The notes beneath the pieces were generated by a model. The model was given only the letters and a program-made list of their open reading frames with translations. It was not told the origin of the DNA and searched no databases. From NCBI GenBank assembly GCA_030141605.1, contig JAQGDQ010000812.1, forward strand, positions 1 to 64,000: DNA of 64,000 nt, in the 5' to 3' direction. Source of the stretch: Tubiluchus corallicola. Lineage: Eukaryota > Animalia > Priapulida. Every line of letters starts with the position of its first letter. Positions within the stretch are counted from its first letter, which is position 1. Positions 35,001 to 45,599 of this stretch are shown piece after piece. The position numbers and the translations under genes were made by a program.

Positions 35001-38000
35001 TATGGTTTTTACCATCTGAGTGCAAACATGCTTTTGTACCATAGAGCAAGCTGGGAATCAGCATGCAGCGACAGGATTGACTTAATTTTGACGGTTGTAG
35101 TAGGACTGGAACCTAGCCCTTCATTAAAGGTAATCCTCCAAGACTAAATGTTAAACTGTACATTTGGATACATATATATCCTCTTGCAATGAGAAATCAC
35201 CAAAAGAGTGCTATTAGCAGTGTTGAGAAAGTGACAGTATAAAAAGAGCTAACTACAGTTACAACTAGATCTGGAAAAAAGTAGCTAACTATACAGTTAC
35301 AAGTTTTTTCAAAAGTAGCTACCTGTAGTTACAACTACAGCTACTTGAACAGCTAGCTAGCTAACAAAATATGCATAGCGCAATCAAGATATTAGGGCAG
35401 TTCAATGTTAGCTATGAATACGTGCAGTTTATAAACATTAAACATAAGCATGTTTTAAACGTGTGAAAAGATGTTCGTAAATTAAAAACTTTATAAATTT
35501 AAACTCTTGTGATCAGCTTTTGGTGCAGTTATTTTAACGGTAAGTTGTTTGAAACAAGTTTAGACAACATTGCGAAGTCTGAAAGAATAATCAGAGCATG
35601 CGTACCACACTCCTCACTAACGAGGCAAAAGTATAAGTTATTTTGTATTGTAAATAAGATCAATAATGTGATTTTTATAGTGAGTCAGTGGTGCACACTG
35701 TGATGTTTTACCAACTGGCACGAGCATTTTAAATATTAAGAATTTCCTTTTCTAATTACATAAGTCTTTCAAACAGGTAAGCATAATGCTAAGTAATATA
35801 ACTTTGTATGGAAAGTTTGTTAAGATATACTTTAAAATGTCCTTTTTTTCTCTCCTTTAAAGAGCAAAATATTTTACATCTTTTTTCATGTTTAATTTTA
35901 TTTGTTATTACAGTGTAAAAAAATTGCATTTCGAAATTTTTTCACCAAGGCAATTTGTACCTTTGATCAAAACTGAACAAGCCATAATGAACCTGGTAGA
36001 AAATGCCACTATAACACAAAATCGAAGCAGTCAGTGAAGCAATGTTTAGTTTAGGACTAAAGTGGATGCTCACTTCACAGATCCGTGACATGCACATGAT
36101 AAGTGCTTTAACTCGTGAACAATGGGTACAGAACATTACGCAGTTTTGCAACAAAGTTTATTCCAGGCTAACAGCTGGCATTGAGAAATTCAGCATAGTG
36201 TAACAGATATTAAGGCAATTATTTGAAGATCAATGTTATAGTTGCTATAATAGATTTATGCAAACCACACATTCTTGGAATCTGGATGATGTAAAGAGTA
36301 GCTTACAATTAATGCCAGTGTTATGCTGCAGAATTAAATTAGCTCACTATAGCTATTTTTTGCTGTTAAATATTAAAACAGCCCACTATGCTAACAGAAA
36401 AAACGTAGGAAGCTACAGTAACGCTATACTATTACCCAACCCTGGCCATTAGTACTGCAACAAAACTAAATTAATTTCAGCTTCTTGTTTTTAACTTTAT
36501 GTCTGACAGCAATAATACTTTTAACAAGCACAAATATGACCAGTTTTACATTAACAAAGACTTGTTCATATACACATATCCATTTACATGTGCATCTTTT
36601 ACCTTTTTGGCTTCACTTATTTTCAAATCTTTATGCTGCTACTTTGGGACTAAAAAAAGTTGGCATTGAGTAAGACTGGTGTTAACGAGATGCATTAACT
36701 ACATACATGTCTATGCAAATATATGCATTATAAGGGGGCAATATAATGAAGTTTGACTATATTATAGATTTCCTCAGACAGATTTTGAAATATGGAGATG
36801 TTGTTATATTTAGGCATTTTAGCAGTTGCTTCACCGCCTCCTGTGATGATGGTGATTTTTGAAAATTTGAAACGAACACTTGTACTTTTGCTCATTTCAA
36901 AAATACTTTCCCAGCAATAAAAACACCAGTTAGTAATCTCATATAAATGAAAGCTTAAAGCTTGGTTTTTCTACTGCTAGGTTTGCAAGTAAAAACACCA
37001 TGTCAAGAACATGCTTTGCCTAGTACGTGAGCTAGCTGTTGACAGTGGCGAGATGATGTGGTGCACTAACTTGAATGTCAATCAACGAATTACTTGACGT
37101 TAATTACTTTCATGTTGCATAGTACTAGCACGGTACTCACCTTCTGGTGGTTCAGACAATGGAGGACTAAGACAGTACATGTGGTAGCCTCTGTCACAAT
37201 CGTCACAAAATAAAAGCTGGTCCTAAAATGAGCATGAAAAACGTTATTCAGGAAATGTGAATCGGCTCCCAATGGTTTTAAAGCACCACATAACCCAGAA
37301 GCTTCTGCAACAGTGCATGTTTGTAGCAGTGTTTGGTTGAATAAAAGAAAGTGCTTTGCAGGCAATATTACAACAGCTATAATGGGAGTCACCATCAGAT
37401 GTTATAACCAGATTTTTTAAGAAATAGAATGCCTAAGCTGTTGGGCTCTTAAAAATAATTATGCATTCTGTTTATAATATCTCATGACGACTTCCGTTGC
37501 ACATTTTGAAATATTATCCTCTTTGAATATTCCATCTCATTGTGCCGTTCAAATATAGTGTTTAGACACATGTCTTGCCGGTATTTGAAACTGTGGCTTG
37601 ATTGCATTTTTACCAAGCCCAGCCCAAATCAGGTATACAATATAAATCATGTGGACTTCATATCAGAAAAATTTGCATGGGATTACATCACACTCAAATA
37701 AACTTGTAGTTCTATTCTTCAAAATGATTTCATTGTCCAAAATAGCATGACAACTTCAAACCAAGAGGAGACAATAATATTTATAAAAGTTTTTTGATTT
37801 GCCACTAAAACACTCAAACTCTGTAACCATTCAAAAACAAACTGGTACTTATGAAGCTTGTTAATACTCTTACGTCATTGTCAGATGTTCCGCAAAGTCC
37901 GCAAGATTTGCACTCAATGCACTGCCATCTATATTTCTTCACAGAAATTAACATGTTATCTGTAAACTGCAGGCAAGTCGGGTGACCTGGAAACAAATAA

Positions 38001-41000
38001 CAAGAATATAATGGTTGACATTTTGCAGCATGACTACCGCTGCTTATGACAATTAGCAAATAGTAATTTTGATGCAAACAATAGCATTTACGTTAATATT
38101 TAATACATGGTCCATAATATCATACCTGACCGGCCACAGTCTGAGCAGGACACTAGTTCTTCAGGCTGCATTGTCTTCTTGTTCTCCAATGCATCGCCAA
38201 GACAAAAGTCGCAGTAGTCGCTCGAAACAACCTTTTCTTGTCTTGCATTACTACAAGCTGTTAAAAACATTTATTTTACACTATAAAATTTCCATTTTGC
38301 ACCTAGTTTATTGAATTTTAAACACAATCACTGTTTTAAAAACTCATTATAGCTCAGATGAAAGAAATCAGAGATTCTTCCTATTACCAGGTTCACCACC
38401 AGGAGGAAGGTGCCTTAAACACAGAAGCGCTCAAAGAGAAAAAGCCAATATTACAACTTCAGCCTTATTACGCTAAACTAACAGCAAAAAGAATGAATCA
38501 GATTCGAAAGTTATAATGAAGTGTAATCTGATCTGTTTGTCTGTCTATCTTTCTGTTAGGTTTTCAACACATTCATAAGTTATGAAATTTATAACAAATA
38601 ATAATAAATATAATATAATATAATATAATATAATATAATATAATATAATATAATATAATATAATATAATATATTATAATATAATATAATATAATAATATA
38701 AATAATTACAAAGCTTAGCTATAGCAAACTAAATGCAAAAAGTATCTATGGTAGAAAATATTTCTATATTCCCCTGTAATGATATTATGGAAAATACCAA
38801 GTACAAATTAGATAGCAGCGTAAATCAGATAAAAGGGTATTTCTAACTGATTTTTTTGTAAATGCAAAACTTGCATCAACTACAATCTCTTTTGGAAAAT
38901 TAACAATGCAGATTTTATTCATGGAAAAAGTGCAATAGCACTGCCCGGTGTTGGAAATTGTTTGATAGGTCACATATTGATGCGCATCTCATATTAACCT
39001 CACACGCAGATATGCGCACACACCTCAGTAAGTACAATAACATGTTACCCTGTGCAGATGCAGTTGGAGCTGGAGCAACTTTGGGAGATGGTACTGAGTT
39101 GCTATCCTCCGAGTGTTCACTGATAAGCTGATGTGTGTGCGTGACATGATATGTGAGTCCTGGCCGTGTTTTGTACCTAGCCCCACAAACTGTGAAGGGT
39201 AATTATACAACAATTCAGAATTATTTCCAATAGGTAAATGAAGATATACCAAACATGAACTGAAAACCTCAAGCAAATGCACATCTATCAGCGTCTGAAT
39301 CTTTAAAATATAATAATAAGAATAAGCAGAAGCAGAAGAAAATAAAGACAAAAGGAAAAAAGACCAAAAGCTGCCATGTATTCATTTGGCTCAGCTGCCA
39401 AGAATGACCTTCATAGCATTGATTTGCCAATTTTTTCAAACAAAACGGGTTTTATGGTAACTTTGCATTAGTTAGTTGAAAGAGAGATCTTCAATTGTTG
39501 ACCAAAATCTAGCTCAAATGTTATGCAGAGTGAGATGCCAATGCAATAATCAACAAGCTTAAAATACATACTGTCGCATGCAAAAGGTTTCTCCATCTCC
39601 AAATCTTTTTCAGTTTTCTCCTTTTCCGCCTGTTGTTTCTTTTTTCGACTGCTTCCCTATATAGAAGCAGTTTATTTAGGTAAACAAATGCCATTAAGAT
39701 GTTAAAAAGTGTAGAACAGAATACTCTTTGAATAGTATAGAAATATATTTCAAATAGACTTGTGAAATGATATAGCACCTTTACAAGCTATAATTTAGCA
39801 ATTTTGATAGGAAATTAGATAATTCAAGCCACACGATCTTGCAAGATTTTTGATTAGTCATGCAAGCAACGTTCTCAATATTAATACAATACTGACATAA
39901 AAAAGCCAATAATTTGACATATTTCCAATATCACAAACAAAATAACCATCCGGTGTTCACAGTAAGAAAAAGGATTTTTCATTTAACAGAAACAAAAATA
40001 AATGGTAGGCCCCACACTAACACTGTAGTGCACAATAAACAGAAGCTAGTAGGTTTCTAGACATCCTTACCTAAAATTCAAACAAATAAACAAGAAGCAC
40101 ACATGAGAAAAACTTATGTTCAAGACAACTTATAACTTTGAAATGAATATTTACCAGAATATGTACCAAAAAAAACCCCAAAAAGGAAAAGTTTAGGAAG
40201 GAGCTACTTTGTTTGTATTTCAATGCCTAGCACATGATTCATGCACTGCAGTTTTTATGCCCTTTCTTGTAGCGTGTACACAAACAGTCTGAACAAAGAA
40301 ATAAATTGGGCACCTAGGTTTATTCTACTACTCATTGATGCCAGCGTCTTAACTACATTGTTGGCCCAGTTCGTAAAAAAGTCTTTATCCTGTCATTCAG
40401 TGCACAGTATGTGAACAGCATCCCGTCATTCAGAGCACCATTGGTGAATGGCACAGTATTCCATAACCTGTGCAATTGATTAGTAGTACTGCTTGTAGCA
40501 TTAATTTGGGGATAAAAGTGAAATGCTTAGCATAATTATTTATTAGTCCATGAAAAATAACAAGAAAACAAGAAGGTGTCAATATTATGTTAGGGGGAAT
40601 ATAAAACTAAGTTGACTGCACTCACGGATGATCGTGGAGGAGGTTTTTTCTTCTTACGACGAAAAGAATAATCTTCATAGTCATCTACATCCGAATCAGC
40701 ATCTTCTATTTCGCCTGCATCTGGCGGATCGCTTAATTCATCATAATCCTTGTACCATGTTTCCTTCGGTGTTTCATCCACAGTAGCCGATGTAGTCTCC
40801 TCTTCTTTGCTGATGGCCATATTCTCAACAGTTGTAATTTGGTGTTCATCTAGCAAATTAGTTACCACACCATACATGTACATAAAATGAAATGCTAAAT
40901 TATTCCTATCTCACCTAAAGAGTAGGCAACATTATTGTGAATAATCCGCAAGAAGAAGTGAAGATGATGACCTAAACCTAGAAATTAAGGGATAAAATGA

Positions 41001-41722
41001 GCAACTGATCTGGGCAGTTCTGGGATATTTACACATGGACCATGGTAATTTTTCCAACTTTAAAGCCTCAGCTAAATCCTGGACCAAAATGAAACAAATT
41101 AAAGAGCAAAAAAATGGTTACCAGCATCGACAACATCCTCTGTAGGTTTCATTAATCGTTCTTGTAGGAAGGGTGGGAGTCTGCGCCTGCGCCATCTTTT
41201 GGCTGGATATGTATATAGTTGTCCATGCCTGCTACCTGGCATCCGATGTCGCTTCTGCATCCATAAGGAGCAGTCACTCTGAGCAACACCTATGAAGTAC
41301 AAAAACACTCAGTTATAACCAAACTCATTGTGACAAGAATTTTGCAGCTGGAAAGAGCTACACCAGTATTGTAGAAAGGAAGACTACTATCATAACTCAT
41401 ATCATGAATTGATAAATTGCAAACACCCATTTTACTGATGGAGAACAAATGGAACATTTCAGTATTTGGGCTGTTCTCTTAGGCCTGACTTCCCCTAGGA
41501 AAACAATGTCTGCCTACATTCAATTAGCTTCACATTAAAATAATACAGTCTATTTAACAGGCTTTTTAACAATACAAGAAAAAACTAACCAGTCTGAGAA
41601 TCCAAATAAGGAAGCCTTAAACGTCTCTCCACTAAAAGTCTCGTGTTAAAATTTGATGTATTTTCAAGGTATTCAGTATATTGTTTATCCGTCACTCCGA
41701 GAGCAGCCAATGTTACAGTCAT
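29032..41722 (-). CDS. DPF2: Double PHD finger protein DPF2/d4/requiem (BAF45 subunit of BAF complex), 393 aa
   Basis: 9 phase-consistent coding exons (minus): 41722-41590, 41289-41122, 40849-40626, 39656-39572, 39189-39049, 38257-38126, 37986-37874, 37222-37141, 29135-29032 (1182 nt). Requiem_[29 protein letters not shown]; C2H2 [21 protein letters not shown]; PHD1 [22 protein letters not shown]; PHD2 [38 protein letters not shown]. Likely the single invertebrate DPF1/2/3 ortholog. Confidence 0.95.
29577..29812 (+). repeat. Tandem dimer (116-bp period) of a 5S-rRNA-like unit with terminal inverted repeat
   Basis: Copies 29581-29696 and 29697-29812 differ at 2 positions; core ACCAAAGTTAAGTAATGACGAGCTTGCTCAGCAAGCGGATGGATGAAC aligns without gaps to the 5S internal control region; AACAAGGTAA (29577-29586) is the exact reverse complement of the unit end TTACCTTGTT. 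Confidence 0.8.
29819..30136 (+). mobile_element. Probable non-autonomous Helentron (HINE/DINE-like) element
   Basis: Starts AAACTAGATGC, contains CAAATTTTGAAGAAATCGGGTAGAGTGGTTCAG, a core I recall from invertebrate HINE-type repeats, and ends GTGACTAAAA; terminal hairpin is degenerate. Confidence 0.45.
30380..30568 (+). promoter_or_regulatory. Putative promoter and non-coding first exon of the zinc-finger gene
   Basis: Local CpG enrichment, NRF1-like CGCATGCGCA at 30440-30449, donor AC|GTAAGA at 30569 and acceptor TTGCAG ending 31190, just before ATG 31212. Confidence 0.55.
31212..33491 (+). CDS. C2H2 zinc-finger protein (~759 aa; 1 N-terminal + 9 tandem fingers, AT-hook), single coding exon, nested antisense in DPF2 intron
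   Basis: Intact ORF; TGEKPY linkers; KRGRP AT-hook before the finger array. First ATG is 31212 (track start 31185 is a TTG lying in the acceptor). Confidence 0.92.
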   Translation: METDYESREDSKHKKLCSTQNLVMSEKFCDVRECVVVLEKLERLKSETKQVENASQKKHITKKQHADADSKQRKIDKLIKAPPVNKICTASKKMSTYECPECEIILSTLLELRDHLSAHVNEKVCEKTDGGNVSTENNETCQSVNSDLTLRCVNCNRFVVNVTHLEKSSQNIMNSVLQPSLSCDQCAPTSCSSPVLATYSSKNYTANSSSNNTKFGQLSDVGVSTRVDHCGDNFLQNAALKSHIVGKHAVSTKKEMNAIPNEGKVIKKEYAVETADLFIHAKENKEAIKSCSLMFKSPDHFLRHIKSNAHQTEKKTVPRKASNEKHNDEETTCLSNDQEYESDTCIKQYSGAKRGRPTKCRTVYYSCDECSIKVRGPKRNLRRHKNRIHRKVRPHKCDQCPAKFYSSSELVVHLRNHTGEKPYICHQCGRDFKYSTGLKEHERRAHTGEKPYKCQECSKAFHSAAMLRYHKRTHDPDSVKKILCELCGKSFPTDRIKSHVYLVHCEDGKPPLKYECNQCDAKFRYKHCLAYHLNRHAGSKPFKCEYCSAEFASPGGRNNHYKKHEEDKKYRCNECGKTFGWLSNLKYHMRTHSAEKNYQCQYCVSKFRYNSNLRDHLKRIHNKILNSATTLDGEPRRGGREKQNFGAQTKGKKKTGKTTICKNNFECAQDHVTHRKMSKYVFDQCDQSNSDLLAESKEQITLPMTFHPQSSKSTVTLRNSSALNFQPNSVVLFNTVQGYPSIQQTSWVTTFSATDFNHS
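33511..33644. mobile_element. Degenerate palindromic MITE just 3' of the zinc-finger stop
   Basis: ACATTCAGGTTTTATTGGGTCA / TGACCCAGTAAGATGAATGT imperfect inverted arms. Confidence 0.5.
35218..36444. mobile_element. Non-autonomous/decayed hAT transposon
   Basis: TIR-like ends CAGTGTTG / CAACCCTG; 8-bp TSD GCTATTAG (35210-35217) / GCCATTAG (36445-36452); AGCTA/AGTTAC/ACTAC subterminal repeats at both ends. Confidence 0.8.
38598..38705. repeat. (TAATA)n microsatellite
   Basis: Direct reading. Confidence 0.95.
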
Positions 41723-42399
41723 TATGATAAAAGAGAACCTTTAACAAAAGTAAATTAACAAGTGTTAATTCTTTACTCATGCAGAAATGATGTACCATGA
41801 GCAAATCAGGTATAAATAAAGCAGTCTTTCTCATCCGAGTTTATAATTATTATTGAAAAAATGTTAAATTTAAAAATAAGTACACATAGTTTACAATGTT
41901 AGTATTGCATTATATTCTAATATTACAACAAATTTACAATTATATTTCTTCAGTTCAGCATGCTCAGTAACAATTATTGACAGTTTGGAAATAATTATTT
42001 GCTGCTTGTACTAACATAATTTCCCAACCTTCACGTTGCCCTACTGATTGTTACTCTCATCACTCAGGACAAACATGCTTGGTATTATCGCCCGATTGTC
42101 ATAACTTCTATCAGTCAGGAACAGTGATATATGACTGGTTGTAAGATAATGTAAACAATGGCAGAGTGAATTCCAATGGCCCACAACACAAGTACAGAAG
42201 AAATGGGCTCTGAGATTAGCACAAGAGTATTATACAAATAATTTAGAATTGTGTTCATGTAAATCACGTAGTGGTCAAGGAAAAAAATTTGTTGCTACGC
42301 AGAATAGAACTATCACTAATGACATTATAATAGTTAATAAGATCTACAGTATCACAGTACTGTTCAACAGAAGATACAGAGTCAGATTGACTATCAGAA

Positions 42400-43450
42400 G
42401 CCAGGCTAATACACCTCCGTTGAGTTCTTTCTAAAGCATTTTAAGAGACAGAAAAATAGATAGATAACTTATTTCGCACACATGGTTCGGCACAGTAATG
42501 ACATAAAAAAACTAATGGAAGCCAAATGCGGCAATGTACGACCATTGGGGTCCTTTACACATTGCCCTTATTTAAAGATTAATAAATTTGCAGTGGTTGG
42601 ATGACAATGTGAAGAGAAGGCAGTATTAACTCTTTTAAGATAAAATCTAATTTAACTCTAATAAAAGATACAAATTTATAAAAGTCTTTGAAACTAAAGA
42701 TTTCCTATAAATAAATTTTACTTCATAATTATTATATGTTATCTTATTTATGAACAAGAATCTTACATAGATAATCAGATTTTGTATTCCCTACAATGAA
42801 ATATGTAACATGGTGTAATATAATGTAATGTGATGAGTCCACACCAGTACATTAAGCAGTTGTCACACCACCGCTCAATTTCTGACAAATCTGCTTGTAA
42901 AATCTCTTGATCAGAGGAATTTCTAATTGAACGATAAGGTTTTATTATCATCAACAAAACAGTGGCATATGTGTGTCAGGGGATACACAATCACTAACAT
43001 CATTGATAAAAATAAGAAAACAATACGGTGCCGACAAAGTCCCTCGAGGAATGCAACTGATTACCTCCAGGAAGTGGTTACACCATTTAAAACTACTCTT
43101 TGTCACTGTGTGTTAGAAAATATTAAAACCATTGGAGTAGATTCCCTCTTATACCTGCAAATTCCATTTTTAACATGAGAAGACGAAGAGGAACGAAATC
43201 AACTGCTTTTCTAAAATCAATATATAGAATATCAATTGATGGGAGAGAAGGATTATCGAAGAATTGGGACAGTCATTTAGGCATTCAAAAAGATTTGTCA
43301 TTGTGGAACGTTGTGGTAACGATCCATGTTGATTATTGCTGAATTGGCCAGAAAATAGCAGGAAATTTAGTACACCATCCCACAAAATGGATTGGAGACA
43401 TTTAGAAACAACGGAAAATAGAGAAATAGGGCGTAATTTAGCATAATCAC
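42400..43450 (-). mobile_element. Decayed CR1/L2-type LINE RT fragment
   Basis: Minus-strand remnants RPISL, FSNNQHGSLPQRSTMTNLFE, YIDFRKA, LQADLSEIERWC, LERTQRR with many stops and frameshifts. Confidence 0.8.
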
Positions 43451-44029
43451 GTTAAGTTGTCCCGTTTAAAGGCAAGTTTTCCTGGAACACATTAGCATCG
43501 CTAAACGAGGACTTAGTGTAGTACTATTCAGACAGTGTGGTACCAGATCACCTTCTAAAAAACGTGAACGCCGATGTAAACTATAAATCGAATATGATTA
43601 AATTCTTCTTTCTTTCTTTTGTTACTCTAATCATAACAAGAAATTAACCTATGCTTTCTTCAAAATTCGGCTTACGAGCAATAAGAGAAATCTTACAAAA
43701 CATAAACTACTAAAATAAGCAATTGATTAGAGAGACCAATTAGAATGTATTAAGCTGGAGACCGTTCCGCACGATCACAGCCTACTAGGCTTTGCACCAT
43801 GAGCTGCTGACAGCCTGAGAATAAGTATTAATTTCATATTTTGGCTTTTCAAAGAATGTTTACAGCAGTTACACAGTGGCCTCCCTACTGTTTCCAGTAG
43901 GCACTTTTGGTGCAAGCCTTTCTCTTCTTAATAGCTCCAATTTCTTCAGTCCTTGTTTTTATCTTCGCAGTTTTTTGTTTTTCCTTGTCATCTATATCGC
44001 TAGATCGATTCCATATTTCTTTCTTAGCC

Positions 44030-44990
44030 GCACCACTTTCAATATGCGCTCATTTAATTCAAACAATTTATCAATATAATCACTACAGAAAATAATCTGC
44101 AGTTGTTGCTTTTCTCCCAATATTTCTATATTTTTCTTGATACTATACTATAGCAGATGCTCAATTGTATCCTCTTCATTATGACAGAGCAGACAGGCAG
44201 TATCTAATTTAAATTTATCAATTCTGTAATTTACTTTTACTGCAATCATATTATGTTTCCACTCTGTTATCTCACATGCAATCTTCTCATCACATTCTTC
44301 TAAGAATTTTCTTTTCTTTTGTTTTGTTTTTGCTTTTTGTTCTTGTCAATAATTTTGTTTTTTTCGTCAATAACCTTCAATGGTTTTTTTTAAGTATTTT
44401 TGGATCATCCCTTAACTTCTTTTTTCCATCTAGATTTTTTCAACTTATTTTCTGCTATATTCAAATTGTACATACTTGCAAGTTTCTCTACATTGTCTGT
44501 TCAACTACCTGGCACTTCACTTTTTTGCACACTTATTAACACTTTCTTTGCATATTTATTTTTCAATGACACGTACAACGTTCCTCTCCACATCAACTGT
44601 TTATAATGCACTCGTTGTTTCATTAACCCCATTCTACACATCAGTAACATGCCCCAAAAACTTGTACTTATTCTTTGTTTCAACATTCCACACATAATTT
44701 CCTTTTACCAAGATTCTGTTTTTTTGCCATTTATTTTTACTTAGGCGTTTCTCATACTTCCATATTAGTAGGAATAGTCATTGTTTCATAATCTAGTAAT
44801 TTAATTTTCATATACTGTGCTCCTGCTTCAGATCTATCACTCCAACTCAAAATTTCCCTTTTTCATGCAATTAATGTCTCACTTCTTTTTCCTATACTCA
44901 TATCATAGGTTCCTTGTTCTGTAATATAATCACCCAAATACTTGTAATGGTCTACATTTTTCAGTTCTTCCTCTTTTACACGTAATTCTT
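44030..44990 (-). mobile_element. Decayed LINE 3' fragment (post-RT region with C-terminal zinc knuckle)
   Basis: Minus-strand VDHYKYLGDYI (~44930-44960) and CLLCHNEEDTIEHLL (~44150-44200); A-rich sense strand. Confidence 0.7.
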
Positions 44991-45599
44991 CACACTTCTT
45001 TTCACACTTCTTCACACTTCAAAGATATCTAAACACTATGTGGAACATATGTAAGAATTAATGACTATGAGTCTATTTAATGAACAAACATTTTGTAAGG
45101 CTTTTGCTAGTCTATATAATACCAATAAAGGTACATTTTGTGTATGTGTGCTTGTTCATCTCTTGGTCAGCTCAAACAATAAGAATACTTATTGAAATGT
45201 GTCCGTATGTTTTTTTTTTGTTTGTTACTGTTTTACATTATAGATGTGTTCGTTTTTTTCAGGGGGGGGGTTATCGGCTATGAGTTAAATAATGATAAAT
45301 TTCTTTGAAGGGCGGAAATATGTCATTTGTATATTTAAATAGAAATATTAGGATATGATAATTAGTGTTTGATTTTGTTGTAGGTATCTTAAATTTTTCT
45401 CTAATAGTAGTGACTGCATGAATTATGGTATTTATTTCTTTTTTTTAGAAAAGTGGTCTTGTACATGCTAAAGTGCATAATTTTGAGTTTTGCTTAGTCT
45501 GATAGGCAGGGTTTTAGAAGTGTGGTAGATTACAGCCATATGTTAAATATCTATAAATATATATACATATATACACTGTAGTTATATATATAATTACTG

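Noticed and set aside
35010-35112. Possible alternative DPF2 terminal exon ([11 protein letters not shown]..)
   Set aside because: Acceptor lacks a pyrimidine tract and the peptide lacks WxCxxC; the true exon is at 29135-29032.
43876-44697. Hydrophobic Phe/Leu-rich + strand ORFs resembling membrane proteins
   Set aside because: Antisense reading of an A-rich minus-strand LINE remnant.
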